Positions 18,596-28,270 of a DNA stretch of 64,000 bases are shown piece by piece. Under the pieces are notes generated by a model that saw only the letters and a program-made list of their open reading frames with translations, had not been told where the DNA came from and made no database searches. This stretch comes from Patescibacteria group bacterium (GTDB lineage: Bacteria > Patescibacteriota > UBA1384 > XYA2-FULL-43-10). The position numbers and the translations under genes are program-made. Location of the stretch: positions 74,074 through 138,073 of the forward strand of contig JBAYVT010000003.1 of the NCBI GenBank assembly GCA_041674405.1, written 5' to 3'. Position 1 is the first letter of the stretch. Each line of letters starts with the position of its first letter.

Positions 18596-18958
18596 ATGAA
18601 AAAATATGCAACGGTTGAGGATTATATTTCTTCATACGATCCTGAAACTCGGGAGAAATTGGAATTGATGCGGAAAATTATTAAAGAAGCCGCACCGGAA
18701 GCCGTCGAATCGATCAGCTACGGCATGCCTGGTTATAAACTGAACGGAAAGCAGTTTCTCTACTTCGGCGGATTTCCTACCCACATCGGTTTTTACCCCC
18801 TGCCGTGTGCGATCAGAGAATTTTCCCACGACATTAAGAAATTCAAACACTCCAAGGGGGCAATTCAATTTTCCCTTGCTGAACCTTTGCCGATAGGGTT
18901 AATAAAAAGAATGGTTAAGTATCGAATAAGTGAACTGGAAGATAATAACTCGTGTTAA
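18596..18958 (+). CDS. DUF1801 (YdhG-like) domain protein
   Basis: MKKYATVEDYISSYDPETREKLELMRKIIKEAAPEAVESISYGMPGYKLNGKQFLYFGGF resembles the YdhG/DUF1801 family. Confidence 0.55.
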   Translation: MKKYATVEDYISSYDPETREKLELMRKIIKEAAPEAVESISYGMPGYKLNGKQFLYFGGFPTHIGFYPLPCAIREFSHDIKKFKHSKGAIQFSLAEPLPIGLIKRMVKYRISELEDNNSC

Positions 18959-19620
18959 TAAATATAGAGGAACCGATTATAAATTATCTTTCGAATCTAT
19001 ACAATCTACCCGGGACGGTCAGCTACTGCGAGCAAGCAATCGGCCACATAATCAAACGGCCATTTGATACCGGTGGCAATATTGTCTTTCTAATTGTCGG
19101 GATAATAATTTTATTGGTGGGCAGAAACAAAGCACTCGCTAGAGCCTTCGGTTGGACGACAATTTTGATCTGGCTTCTTTCATCGATCTGGGATGCAACT
19201 GCTAGTTTTCTCTTTCAGATTTTCGATTTCACCGGAATGTTTATTTTCGTAACATTGCTTTTATTTTTGAATTTCGAGCGAATGGGGTTAAAAGTGGCTA
19301 AAATTTATCGCTGGCTGGTTGTGATTCTCGGCGCGGCGATATTTTTGGTATTTGGTGGACTTTCGCCTCATGTTTTCTTCGGCGCATTGGTTTTTGCCGT
19401 CATAATTACTGAATTTTTGGCGAGGCAAAAATATTCAAGAAAACTTTGGTACTTGGGCTTGGCTTCTTTCGCCACCGGATTCATATTTTGGATAATTGAT
19501 ATGAATAAACTCATTTGTGACCCGACAAAAATTTTCTCTGGCCGCAACTTAGAGCACCTATTTTTCTCGATAGCAATATATCTTCTGTGTGTACATTATA
19601 GTAAGATTCAAGAAGAATAA
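18952..19620 (+). CDS. hypothetical polytopic membrane protein
   Basis: Five to six hydrophobic helices. Confidence 0.45.
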   Translation: MLINIEEPIINYLSNLYNLPGTVSYCEQAIGHIIKRPFDTGGNIVFLIVGIIILLVGRNKALARAFGWTTILIWLLSSIWDATASFLFQIFDFTGMFIFVTLLLFLNFERMGLKVAKIYRWLVVILGAAIFLVFGGLSPHVFFGALVFAVIITEFLARQKYSRKLWYLGLASFATGFIFWIIDMNKLICDPTKIFSGRNLEHLFFSIAIYLLCVHYSKIQEE

Positions 19621-19631
19621 TTGAGGGTAAT

Positions 19632-20222
19632 ATGAATATTTTTCTTACTTCACAAGCGTCGAGGGTTTTGGATAAGATTGTGGAAATGCTACCAAAACCA
19701 CCCAGAGAACTCAGGGTGGCATTTATTCCGACAGCATCCGATCCCTACGAAGAGCATCCGTGGTTAGATGAGGATCGAGCGAAGTTTATCGAACTTGGAT
19801 TTAATGTTATTGACTTCGATTTGAAGTATAAAACAGAGGATGAAACGCGCCAAGCTCTTAAAAATTTTGATATTTTGTTTGTTGCTGGTGGTAACACATT
19901 CTATCTTCTGAGCGAAGCAAGGAAGAGCGGGTTCTGCAAAGTTGCAAAGGAAATGGTTGAAGCTGGCAAAATTTACATTGGATCTAGTGCGGGAAGTTAC
20001 ATCGCTTGCCCAACAATCGAAGCAGCCACATGGAAAAATCCGGAGAAAGAACGATTTGGGCTGGTTGATCTAAGGGCTTTGTGCTTCGTAGATTTTATAC
20101 TCACAGCACACTACAAAGACAAATATAAGGATGCAGTGGCTGAAGGCAAAAAAACTTCTAGATACCGTGTAGTTGTATTAACTGACGAACAATTTGTTGA
20201 TAAAGATGGAAAAATTTACTAA
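19632..20222 (+). CDS. peptidase S51 family (dipeptidase E/cyanophycinase-like)
   Basis: VAFIPTASDP, FVAGGNTFYLL and IGSSAGS (nucleophile Ser) motifs. Confidence 0.65.
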   Translation: MNIFLTSQASRVLDKIVEMLPKPPRELRVAFIPTASDPYEEHPWLDEDRAKFIELGFNVIDFDLKYKTEDETRQALKNFDILFVAGGNTFYLLSEARKSGFCKVAKEMVEAGKIYIGSSAGSYIACPTIEAATWKNPEKERFGLVDLRALCFVDFILTAHYKDKYKDAVAEGKKTSRYRVVVLTDEQFVDKDGKIY

Positions 20223-20574
20223 AAATCTAATAGCCCCTTGTGGGATGAACTGCGGAGTTTGTCTTCACTATTTACGGGCAGAAAATAAATGCCCTGGTTG
20301 CTTTACCGGTCGTAAAGTAAATAGTCGACCGATCAAGTGCGGGCGCCGCCTATGCAAAAGCCGAACTGGCGTTTTCTGCTTCGAGTGCAATAAGTTCCCT
20401 TGCGACAGCATTGAGCGATTAGATGCGCGCTATCGTGAAAAATACGGCATGTCGGAAATTGAGAATTTACTATATATAAGAGACAATGGAATTGACGAAT
20501 TCTTAAAATCGCAAGGGAAGAAATATATCAAAGGCGACAAAATATATTGCGTGCATGATAAAAAATATTATTAG
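20194..20574 (+). CDS. Cys-rich putative metal-binding protein (DUF3795-like)
   Basis: CGMNCGVCLHY...CPGC...CGRRLC...CFECNKFPCD. Overlaps the upstream gene by 29 nt. Confidence 0.5.
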   Translation: MLIKMEKFTKNLIAPCGMNCGVCLHYLRAENKCPGCFTGRKVNSRPIKCGRRLCKSRTGVFCFECNKFPCDSIERLDARYREKYGMSEIENLLYIRDNGIDEFLKSQGKKYIKGDKIYCVHDKKYY

Positions 20575-20585
20575 AAATCTAAGCC

Positions 20586-20912
20586 ATGAAAAATAGTACA
20601 GCAAAATTTTTCCTTTGGATTCCCAGAATTCTCTCGATCCTTTTCATTATCTTCATCAGCATATTTGCTTTGGATGTTTTTTCTGAATCACAATGGCTAT
20701 TTGCTCTTTTAATGCACCTGATCCCCACTGCTATTTTGATTATATTAACAGCGATTGCCTGGAAAAACGAGTGGATCGGCGGAATGATATTTTTTGCATC
20801 TGGAGTGATTTTTTTGATTGCGACTCGCCTTGAGGCCTACATAATCGCTCTCCCATTAATTGCCATCGGGGTATTGTTTTTACTGAGTAAAAAATATGGT
20901 CTAAAGAAATGA
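20586..20912 (+). CDS. small membrane protein (3 TM)
   Basis: Hydrophobic throughout. RBS-compatible spacing. Confidence 0.4.
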   Translation: MKNSTAKFFLWIPRILSILFIIFISIFALDVFSESQWLFALLMHLIPTAILIILTAIAWKNEWIGGMIFFASGVIFLIATRLEAYIIALPLIAIGVLFLLSKKYGLKK

Positions 20913-20919
20913 GGTGTAA

Positions 20920-21429
20920 ATGGCAAAACAATTAAATGAGAATGGAAAAGAGCTGGGACCGAATGATGAAACCGGCTGCTGCCCGCGATTTGATCCCAAA
21001 CCGTGGGATGGAAAAGTTATTGAATGGGAAGCTAAAAAGTTTATAAAAGACCGCGTCAGAACGTTTATGTTCATGCCGATTAACTTTGGCAAAGTAATGA
21101 CTAGAGCGATGAAAAAGATCGATGATTCAGATGCCAAGTCAGACGTCGGACTCTGCTTATCTGACCATACTTCAAAATGGAATATGGACATTTACATTGC
21201 CGTATCCAAAGAAGTTAAAGACGCGGATAATGTGACGATTTCCGGCAAGTTTTTATCCAAAGTTTACGATGGCCCGTTCAAAGATACGGGCATTTGGTGT
21301 AAGGATTTCGAGAATTATGCAAAAAAAGAGGGTCACGAGATTAAAAAGTGGTACATGTCCTACACTACCTGCCCTGCCTGTGCCAAAAAATACGGCCATA
21401 ATTATGTGATTGTCTTGGGACAAATTTAA
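20920..21429 (+). CDS. hypothetical protein
   Basis: Soluble 169-aa ORF with CCPRF and CPAC motifs. No family recognised. Confidence 0.45.
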   Translation: MAKQLNENGKELGPNDETGCCPRFDPKPWDGKVIEWEAKKFIKDRVRTFMFMPINFGKVMTRAMKKIDDSDAKSDVGLCLSDHTSKWNMDIYIAVSKEVKDADNVTISGKFLSKVYDGPFKDTGIWCKDFENYAKKEGHEIKKWYMSYTTCPACAKKYGHNYVIVLGQI

Positions 21430-21497
21430 TTCAAATCTTATGGGAAAAATAAGACTGAAGAGATCACAATAAATTCTTTGGAGATATCATTAAAAAA

Positions 21498-22112
21498 ATG
21501 AAAAAAATATCAATTTTCGGTTTTCTTGGGACCGCTACATATCTTTTAACAATTATCATCGGTGGACTTTTTAGAGACAACTATCGGCTTTTTATTGACC
21601 CGATCAGCCGTATTTTTGCACGAGGCCTTCCTGGAAGCTGGGCCATTGCCCTGTTTCTTACACTAGGCAATTTTTTGATAATTGCGATCGCGATTGGGAT
21701 ATTTATTCGCTCAAAAAATACTTTTATCAAAACCGGAATGATTTTTTTGATTTTTTCAGGGATCATCGCGAGCATACTGTATAATTTTTTTCCAATGGAT
21801 CCATGGCTCGGCGGCCGGACCCCGGCAGATGTCATACACAATGATATTTTTGGGGTTGTTGTTGCGAGTATTATTTTTGCCTTGTTTTTCTTTGCCCTGG
21901 GAGCCAAATTTGAACTGAGATACAAGAGTTTGTCCAAATATCTTTGGGCGACATTTATTGCGTTCCTCGCAGTTAGTGTTGCCGGCGGAATATCCTGGGA
22001 TAATTTTCCCTATCTCACCGGCTCACTTGAGAGTATTTTTTTGTTAATCTTCATGCAATGGCTCATTGTGATTTCAAGAACGCTTCAACTAGAGCATAAT
22101 AAAAACAATTAG
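21498..22112 (+). CDS. hypothetical membrane protein (DUF998-like topology)
   Basis: Six TM helices. Confidence 0.45.
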   Translation: MKKISIFGFLGTATYLLTIIIGGLFRDNYRLFIDPISRIFARGLPGSWAIALFLTLGNFLIIAIAIGIFIRSKNTFIKTGMIFLIFSGIIASILYNFFPMDPWLGGRTPADVIHNDIFGVVVASIIFALFFFALGAKFELRYKSLSKYLWATFIAFLAVSVAGGISWDNFPYLTGSLESIFLLIFMQWLIVISRTLQLEHNKNN

Positions 22113-22201
22113 ATGTTTGGAAGGAAAATGAACGAGGACCAAGAGCCCAAAAAAGAAGTTTTTGAGGAAGACGACGAATCGGAATGGGAATAAATTTTAT
22201 A

Positions 22202-23116
22202 TCAGTAGGAATGGGTTGAAAAGAAAGCCCGAGCTTCATCTCGAGTTGAACTTATAGGCACTCCGCTTTGATAGAGCATCCTGATCGATCTTTGATCATT
22301 GGCCTTAAGCCCACCCCAATACATCATAATCGGATTACCCATCTCTGACTCTCCCAACCTATTCGAATGGCCCATAAAACCAACCGCATGCATCATTTCG
22401 TGCTTTAGAGACCAGCATTTTTCTTCGTTGCCCCAATCGCTATTATTTGGAAGATAGATTACCGCCGAGGTCATATTCCCTAAAGTATCATTTGTCGTAT
22501 CCGCAAACGGTAAATAATTACCATTCATTTCCCGAAGTTCCTCCATTGTGACCATCTCGATCCTTATCTGCATCGCCGGTTGGTTGGCATCATGAACAAT
22601 CCTAACTCCTCCAGAATTATTGTTGAAATCAGCAATGAACATATCAAGACATTGGTTATACTCTGATAAAATTACGCCAGGCCGCCCTGCGGCATAAATT
22701 GTACTTCTCGACCAACGTTTTGTATTCCTGGGTTCAAATTCACCGATACTGGAATTTGCTAGATCAAGATAGAAATCCAAGAAACTGACAGATGCGGCTG
22801 GAGGTGTCGTTCCTGGATTTGATCCTCCGGAGTTATCTTGTCCATCTGATTTATCACTTTTGGGCGCATCTTTTGTATCAGGAGTTTTTGTTTCCGGATT
22901 ATCTGCCAGATTTTCAGCCGAGGGTTCTTCGTTGGGAAAATTTATTTCGATATCGTCTTTTGAATTTGGACCGAGAAAATATGAGCGATAACTAGCATAT
23001 CCGGTGACAGCAAAAAATAAAAAAATTATTACTCCAAGAATGATCCAGCGGGTTTTTTTGGGGGTTTTGGCCTTTTGTTCTTCGCCAGGTTTTTGATCTT
23101 CCCTTTTTTCCATCAA
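22202..23116 (-). CDS. putative secreted/membrane-anchored zinc metallopeptidase
   Basis: N-terminal TM anchor. Low-complexity acidic linker. HEMMHAVGFMGH (HExxH...GH, metzincin-like). Confidence 0.5.
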   Translation of the reverse strand: MMEKREDQKPGEEQKAKTPKKTRWIILGVIIFLFFAVTGYASYRSYFLGPNSKDDIEINFPNEEPSAENLADNPETKTPDTKDAPKSDKSDGQDNSGGSNPGTTPPAASVSFLDFYLDLANSSIGEFEPRNTKRWSRSTIYAAGRPGVILSEYNQCLDMFIADFNNNSGGVRIVHDANQPAMQIRIEMVTMEELREMNGNYLPFADTTNDTLGNMTSAVIYLPNNSDWGNEEKCWSLKHEMMHAVGFMGHSNRLGESEMGNPIMMYWGGLKANDQRSIRMLYQSGVPISSTRDEARAFFSTHSY

Positions 23117-23217
23117 AATTTATTATATTCCTCCGTCATCAAGTTGAAAATAAGTTTATGCTTGAGTAAAATAAAAGCAATATTGATATTGCTTAGTTGA
23201 TTTCGAAATGGAGTCAA

Positions 23218-23334
23218 ATGGAACAGTGGATTTTGATCCTTGGCTGGGGGTCGCCGATAGGCATCGGGATTTTCCTAGTCGCCATAGCGACTATGGTTTA
23301 TATTCTGTCCAAGGCCAACAAGAAAAAAGAATAG
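23218..23334 (+). CDS. small hydrophobic peptide (38 aa), unannotated sORF
   Basis: GGAG SD 5 nt upstream of the ATG. MEQWILILGWGSPIGIGIFLVAIATMVYILSKANKKKE is a single TM with a basic C-tail. Confidence 0.3.
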   Translation: MEQWILILGWGSPIGIGIFLVAIATMVYILSKANKKKE

Positions 23335-23354
23335 GAATATTCTAAAATATTTCA

Positions 23355-23633
23355 TTGGACGAAGGAATCATGAGACGATGGTTCCACTGGATTTTTTTGG
23401 GAATTGGAATCGTGCTCTTAATTCTTGGTGCAACCCTGGCATTTTATTACTACTACCGCTTGCCGATGGAGATCAAGTCCGGCGAATTCACCCACACAGC
23501 GATTGATGTCGTCCAAAGTAGCGGCAAATCGCCAGGAATTGTAACTTGGAAAATCGGCTCAAATACCTATACAATCGATAATTCGGGTGATGGCGGTGGG
23601 GCCTCCACTAAAGATACTGATACAAAAAAATAA
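23355..23633 (+). CDS. small membrane protein
   Basis: N-terminal TM helix. 92 aa. Confidence 0.4.
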   Translation: MDEGIMRRWFHWIFLGIGIVLLILGATLAFYYYYRLPMEIKSGEFTHTAIDVVQSSGKSPGIVTWKIGSNTYTIDNSGDGGGASTKDTDTKK

Positions 23634-23847
23634 TTGACCTCGAGGAACTCTTTCGCTATATTTTAGCTGTTGGAAAAATGTTCTCGTGTTCTGCCCTTGG
23701 AACAATCAAACGAGCCCAACCGGAAAACTCAAGGGCCCCAAAAACTATTCAAATGCGGACTTGCCTCGAGTCGAAAAGGTTTACCTCGAGCTTAGTCGAG
23801 AGGTCGAAATTGGATAGTCTTATCAACCTAACTTCGCTGGAGAATTC

Positions 23848-24048
23848 ATGGATAATAAAGAATTCAACAAGGCCTTCGATGAGGCAACAAAGAAGAAAAT
23901 GCTCGAAGAGCCGGAAATTTGGTACAAACCGCGAAGGCACAGATGGGATGAGTGGGGCTCGCCGGTCGGACTGGGAATCTGGTGGTTGCTATTCTGGGTT
24001 ACACCAGCAATCGTCATCTACATCCTCCATCTCGCCGAACTGATCTAG
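23848..24048 (+). CDS. small membrane protein
   Basis: SD ggag upstream. C-terminal TM LGIWWLLFWVTPAIVIYILHL. Followed by a terminator. Confidence 0.35.
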   Translation: MDNKEFNKAFDEATKKKMLEEPEIWYKPRRHRWDEWGSPVGLGIWWLLFWVTPAIVIYILHLAELI

Positions 24049-24058
24049 CAAGCAAAAT

Positions 24059-24090
24059 AAAAATCGCCCGACATTTCTCGGGCGATTTTT
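24059..24090. terminator. bidirectional rho-independent terminator (aaaaatcgcccga/tcgggcgattttt)
   Basis: Perfect 13-bp stem flanked by A-run and T-run. Confidence 0.55.
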
Positions 24091-24182
24091 ATTTGGCAAA
24101 CAATTTGAAAGTTTGCTCAAGAATATTGCAAAAAAGGCAAATTTATTGTATAAAATATACGCTCAATAAAACGGAGAAATCT

Positions 24183-24476
24183 GTGACTCGGAAAGGAGTT
24201 GCTGCGGTACCTATGACCGAAACCACCAACCACAAGAGACAGAGACAAGCCCGACTCCGCACTCGCCAACCGTTAATGCTTGACTTGAGCGACGGCGAGC
24301 TTCTGAAAGAGCTCGGCAACAGCGTCCGCGTCCACTTCCGGTGCGGCCACATTGAATGGGTCGACACTCGCACCCTCCTAGCTCAAGACGGAGGTCGAGC
24401 CGTCGCCACTGCAGCAGTCAAGTACAATGCGGTGATCCGTCGGAGCCAGACGTACTGCCCGGCCTGCAACAAGTGA
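24183..24476 (+). CDS. small GC-rich hypothetical protein with C-terminal Cys/His cluster (start GTG 24183 or ATG 24213)
   Basis: About 60% GC. Own promoter-like TTGCAA...TATAAAAT upstream and own terminator downstream. HFRCGH...YCPACNK. Confidence 0.4.
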   Translation: MTRKGVAAVPMTETTNHKRQRQARLRTRQPLMLDLSDGELLKELGNSVRVHFRCGHIEWVDTRTLLAQDGGRAVATAAVKYNAVIRRSQTYCPACNK

Positions 24477-24500
24477 CGACTTCGCTACTCCGTACACCGC

Positions 24501-24569
24501 GCCCATTCCTGCAACTCGGGAATGGGCAAGGCCAGAGAGATCAAATAATTGATCATTCTGGCCTTTTTT
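24501..24569 (+). terminator. tandem hairpins ending in TTTTTT (rho-independent terminator)
   Basis: gcccattcc/ggaatgggc and ggccagaga...tctggcc stems, then a T6 tract. Confidence 0.55.
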
Positions 24570-24786
24570 GGATCAATTTCCATATTTATCTCCATACTCT
24601 CGAGCTAAAATAGAAATAATTTAGAATGTAAAACCTAAAGCTGGGACGATAAGCGAATATTCGGATCTAAATAAACATTAAAAGGTGGTAACCAACAGAT
24701 TGTAGCTAGTGATTTTGGAGGAATTACTCTTTATTTGGCCTCTACAATTATCTATAATTAAATTATCTATTAACAAAAAGGAGCTT

Positions 24787-25935
24787 ATGAAAAAAGTTCT
24801 CGCAGCAATAGCGTTATTGATTACAATATCAATGATGCCCTCGATGGCGTTGGCGGCAGATTTTCGAAGCGCAAAACAAGGACCTCTCGATATTGGAAAA
24901 GATGAAGCGGCCAAGAATCTATATGCCGCAGCCAGCACGATAAATACTTCCGCAAACATTAAAGGAGATTTGGTTGCTGCCGGAAGTTCGATCAACGTGC
25001 AAGGTGATGTCGAAGATAGCTTGGTTGCCGCTGGGTCCAACATAAATGTCCAAGGCAAAATTGGCCAAAATGCAAAACTGGCAGGGTCGAATATTAATCT
25101 GACTGGCAATATTGGTGGCGATTTGTTAGCAGGCGGAGCAATGATTTCCGTTTCTGATTCCTCAACCATTGGCGGCGACTTGATAGCTGGCGTAACGACT
25201 CTTTCGTTGAGCGGAACAGTTAGCGGCAAAGCGCGAATTGCCGGAACGGACGTTACATTAAACGGAAAAATTGATGGTGATACCGATATTTGGGCAACCA
25301 ATGTAACCCTCGGCGACAAAGCAATAATTAACGGAAAATTAACCTATCATTCCCCGAACACAGCTGCAATTTCTGAATCTGCGAATGTAAAAGGTGGAAT
25401 TGACTATCAAAAGACAGAAAACCAAAAGCAATATTACAGCAAAGCAAAGATGTTCGGGCTTTTCGGAACACTTGGAATTTTAGGCATTCTTGCAACACTT
25501 GCCTTATTGTTTGTTGTCGTTTATTTGCTGCCCAAAACAAGCAAGAATTATGTTACGGAAATGCTTTCTTCTTTTTGGAATAATCTCGGTTGGGGTTTCC
25601 TCACACTCGTTGCCGTACCGGTAGGCCTAATAATCGTTTCAATTACCATAATCGGGGTTAAACTCGCCGCAATTCTATTCCTTCTTTATGGTGCGCTTTT
25701 AGCAGTCGCAGGGATCTATGGCACTATTGCAATCGGCGCCCAACTGCTTAGATGGTTCGATTCCCGCCTGAAGGAATTTCGTGTTGATTGGCTAACAATT
25801 CTGATAGCGACGCTTGCAACAATCATCCTTGCTTTGATTCCGATTGCTGGCGGCCTAATTGTCTTCGCTTTCATGCTTGTCGGCCTCGGGCAACTAGTTC
25901 AAAATATTACTCGGTTTCTAAAAAGCCAACGCTAA
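24787..25935 (+). CDS. membrane protein with N-terminal signal peptide, bactofilin-like beta-helix repeats and C-terminal multi-TM domain
   Basis: True start at 24787 (AAAAGGAG SD). Repeated GDL(V/L)AAGS.IN(V/L)QG units. Four C-terminal TM helices. Confidence 0.55.
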   Translation: MKKVLAAIALLITISMMPSMALAADFRSAKQGPLDIGKDEAAKNLYAAASTINTSANIKGDLVAAGSSINVQGDVEDSLVAAGSNINVQGKIGQNAKLAGSNINLTGNIGGDLLAGGAMISVSDSSTIGGDLIAGVTTLSLSGTVSGKARIAGTDVTLNGKIDGDTDIWATNVTLGDKAIINGKLTYHSPNTAAISESANVKGGIDYQKTENQKQYYSKAKMFGLFGTLGILGILATLALLFVVVYLLPKTSKNYVTEMLSSFWNNLGWGFLTLVAVPVGLIIVSITIIGVKLAAILFLLYGALLAVAGIYGTIAIGAQLLRWFDSRLKEFRVDWLTILIATLATIILALIPIAGGLIVFAFMLVGLGQLVQNITRFLKSQR

Positions 25936-26012
25936 TTTTCTACTTGACCACGGTTTGCTCAATATCTATAATTGTAGTGTATTATTTTTGATTTAATTAT
26001 CGAGGGGAGTTT

Positions 26013-27358
26013 ATGAAAAAAGTACTCGTGTATGTAGGACTGGTCTTGTCGATAGTGGCTGGTTTAGTGTTGTTTGCGTCAAACGATTCCAAGGCAGCGG
26101 CCGAGGGGCCAACATGTAATTTTATCCCCGATAATACAAATTCTCTCTATGGAAAGACAGCACAAACAATACTCTGGCTGAAACATTCACAACAACCTTT
26201 GACAAAATAACAAAGGTTGATGTCAAGGCAAACAGCTTAGGAGGCTTTACCGGCACTATCACGGCTGCGATTTATTACGAGCCTGAGATGGGCATAGCAG
26301 GCATGACGACACGGAAATTTACAAATATGTCAGCCATGGATGATTATGAATTTACTTTTAATTCCCCTTTCACCGTACACCCTGGAGTAAATTACCAATT
26401 AGTGCTGTGGCTCACAGACAAGAATGAAGCTGATTTGTCGGGCACTTTTTATTGGAGGGTTTCGACAGATGCATCTTGCTATCCCGATGGTTATATCAAG
26501 ATCAATACAATAAATGATTACCCGGCTTTGGATTTTGGTTTCCAAGTTTACGGAACAAAGGCATCGGTCCCAGCAGATGGTGATAATCCTTCTGACCAAA
26601 CTGAAGAAACGACCGGGTCTACGCCATCCGAAAATGTTTCATCATCTATTGCCAAACCGACTTCCCTTGCTGCGGCATATGTCTCTGATTCAACACCCAA
26701 AGGCGTGAAATTGACTTGGAAAGCATCAACAACTACAGATATCGATGGCTATCGCATTTACCGCTCAACCGTGAAGGGAAAGAGCTATTCCAGGATTGGG
26801 CAAGTTGAAAAGACCAAATTGGAGTTTGTCGACCAGGCCGCCGAAGCATCACAAACATACTATTATGTAGTCCGTGCTTATAAAGCTTCTGATGAATCAG
26901 CGAGTTCCAACGAAGCTTCGCTTCAGGTTCCAGCCGATGCCGCACCTATTTCACCACAAAATTTGCACGTTGTTTCATTTACTGACTCTAAAATCAAAGT
27001 TGCTTGGGATAAAAATCCGGAATCAAATATCACAGCTTATACCTTGGTGATTTACAAAGGAGACAATGTTGTCGAGACAGTAACCCTGCCAGTTGCAAGC
27101 ACAGAAAATATTTTTTCAAATTTAAGTGCCAATACCGATTACCGCATTACGGTACTTGCTTCAAACGATAAAGGTATCTCCTCTTCCGTATCCGAAATTA
27201 CGCAGAAAACCGCAGCGGGCGCAACTCAAGTTTCTGCCGGGAAATTCGAAATGACGACCTTGACCTGGATATTGTCCGGAATAGCGGTCCTCTTGATCGG
27301 CACCTTGATACTCCTAATTTTGCGACGAAAAAGATTGGCAAAAAAGATCATACGATAA
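26013..27358 (+). pseudogene. frameshifted gene for Fn3-domain surface protein (signal peptide in frame 0, body in frame +2)
   Basis: The 26013-26210 ORF has a signal peptide and ends LWLKHSQQPLTK*. The +2 frame is open from 26135 and continues without stop into 26288..27358. The overlap is 26135-26210. Confidence 0.45.
26288..27358 (+). CDS. surface protein body: two to three fibronectin type III domains and C-terminal TM anchor
   Basis: Fn3-like segments (GVKLTWKAS...YYYVVRAYK and PQNLHVVSFTDSKIKVAWD...YRITVLASN). C-terminal TM followed by RRKRLAKK. Confidence 0.55.
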   Translation: MGIAGMTTRKFTNMSAMDDYEFTFNSPFTVHPGVNYQLVLWLTDKNEADLSGTFYWRVSTDASCYPDGYIKINTINDYPALDFGFQVYGTKASVPADGDNPSDQTEETTGSTPSENVSSSIAKPTSLAAAYVSDSTPKGVKLTWKASTTTDIDGYRIYRSTVKGKSYSRIGQVEKTKLEFVDQAAEASQTYYYVVRAYKASDESASSNEASLQVPADAAPISPQNLHVVSFTDSKIKVAWDKNPESNITAYTLVIYKGDNVVETVTLPVASTENIFSNLSANTDYRITVLASNDKGISSSVSEITQKTAAGATQVSAGKFEMTTLTWILSGIAVLLIGTLILLILRRKRLAKKIIR

Positions 27359-27412
27359 CAAACTGGAAAAAAGCAGATTTTATAAAGTCTGCTTTTTTCG
27401 TATAATCAGTGC

Positions 27413-28048
27413 ATGAATAATAAAAAACTTCTAATTTGGATGACTTGCTATGGCGGCTGGGCACCGGATTTAAGATCGAGGATTGAAATTCGAGGTCATG
27501 ATGAGTATTTAAATGGCGTCGTCGATTTTGTGGTAAAAAATAACAAAAATATAGTCAGCTTTTTTATTTCTGGCGGTATGTTTGATAGTAAGGGCAGGAC
27601 CGAATGTGAGACAGTTAGACCGGAACTTATTCGTCGCCTTGCAGTAAAAGGCATCCAAATCAATATTGAAACTGATAAAAAGAGTATTACAGGCCAAGAG
27701 ATAATGGAAAAATTTCTATCAACTTGGCAATCAGAATATTCCGATGCTGATCCCGTTTTATTTGTTGACCAAGTTCGGGCTGAAGTTAATAGATACTCTT
27801 TTCATTATTATTGTAAGAAACTAGGTATCGATAATCTTAATGAAGACGTAATCCATCCACTACACCGCCTCGACGATCACCCAGACAGCACATTAGAAAA
27901 ACAAGCTAAAAAACTTAAGATGATGAAGGAAAAAGGCGTTGACTTCGTCGAAAAAGAAGAACGGAAAATTCGTCTTGAGCTAGCTAAAAATAGCGAAATT
28001 AATACGATTTGTAGAAGAAAAGATAGTAAACAAGGCCATAAACAATAG
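27413..28048 (+). CDS. hypothetical protein
   Basis: 211-aa ORF. No motif recognised. Confidence 0.45.
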   Translation: MNNKKLLIWMTCYGGWAPDLRSRIEIRGHDEYLNGVVDFVVKNNKNIVSFFISGGMFDSKGRTECETVRPELIRRLAVKGIQINIETDKKSITGQEIMEKFLSTWQSEYSDADPVLFVDQVRAEVNRYSFHYYCKKLGIDNLNEDVIHPLHRLDDHPDSTLEKQAKKLKMMKEKGVDFVEKEERKIRLELAKNSEINTICRRKDSKQGHKQ

Positions 28049-28124
28049 CAGCTGCGACCAAATAAATCACTATCCATAACCAAACCGGCGTCTTCCCGTA
28101 GCCGCCCTTATCCTCTTCGGGCAT
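27999..28124 (-). CDS. small membrane protein (41 aa), unannotated sORF overlapping 3' end of upstream convergent gene
   Basis: AAGGAG SD 5 nt upstream of the ATG at 28124. MPEEDKGGYGKTPVWLWIVIYLVAAAIVYGLVYYLFFYKSY. Confidence 0.35.
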   Translation of the reverse strand: MPEEDKGGYGKTPVWLWIVIYLVAAAIVYGLVYYLFFYKSY

Positions 28125-28270
28125 ACTTCTCCTTTTTTAATTAACTGCTTCGATTTTATTTGATAACTCTGCTGTAATCATTGTAGTTTTCTTCAATTTT
28201 GTAGAAAAAATGATCGACTTTTATTTCTATCCTCGCTAAAATGTATAAAGAATTAAAAAAGTGAGGTTTT

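Noticed and set aside
24678-25319. 213-aa minus-strand ORF
   Set aside because: It is entirely antisense to the well-supported beta-helix membrane protein gene (24787..25935) and its repetitive composition mirrors that gene's repeats. It is a shadow ORF.
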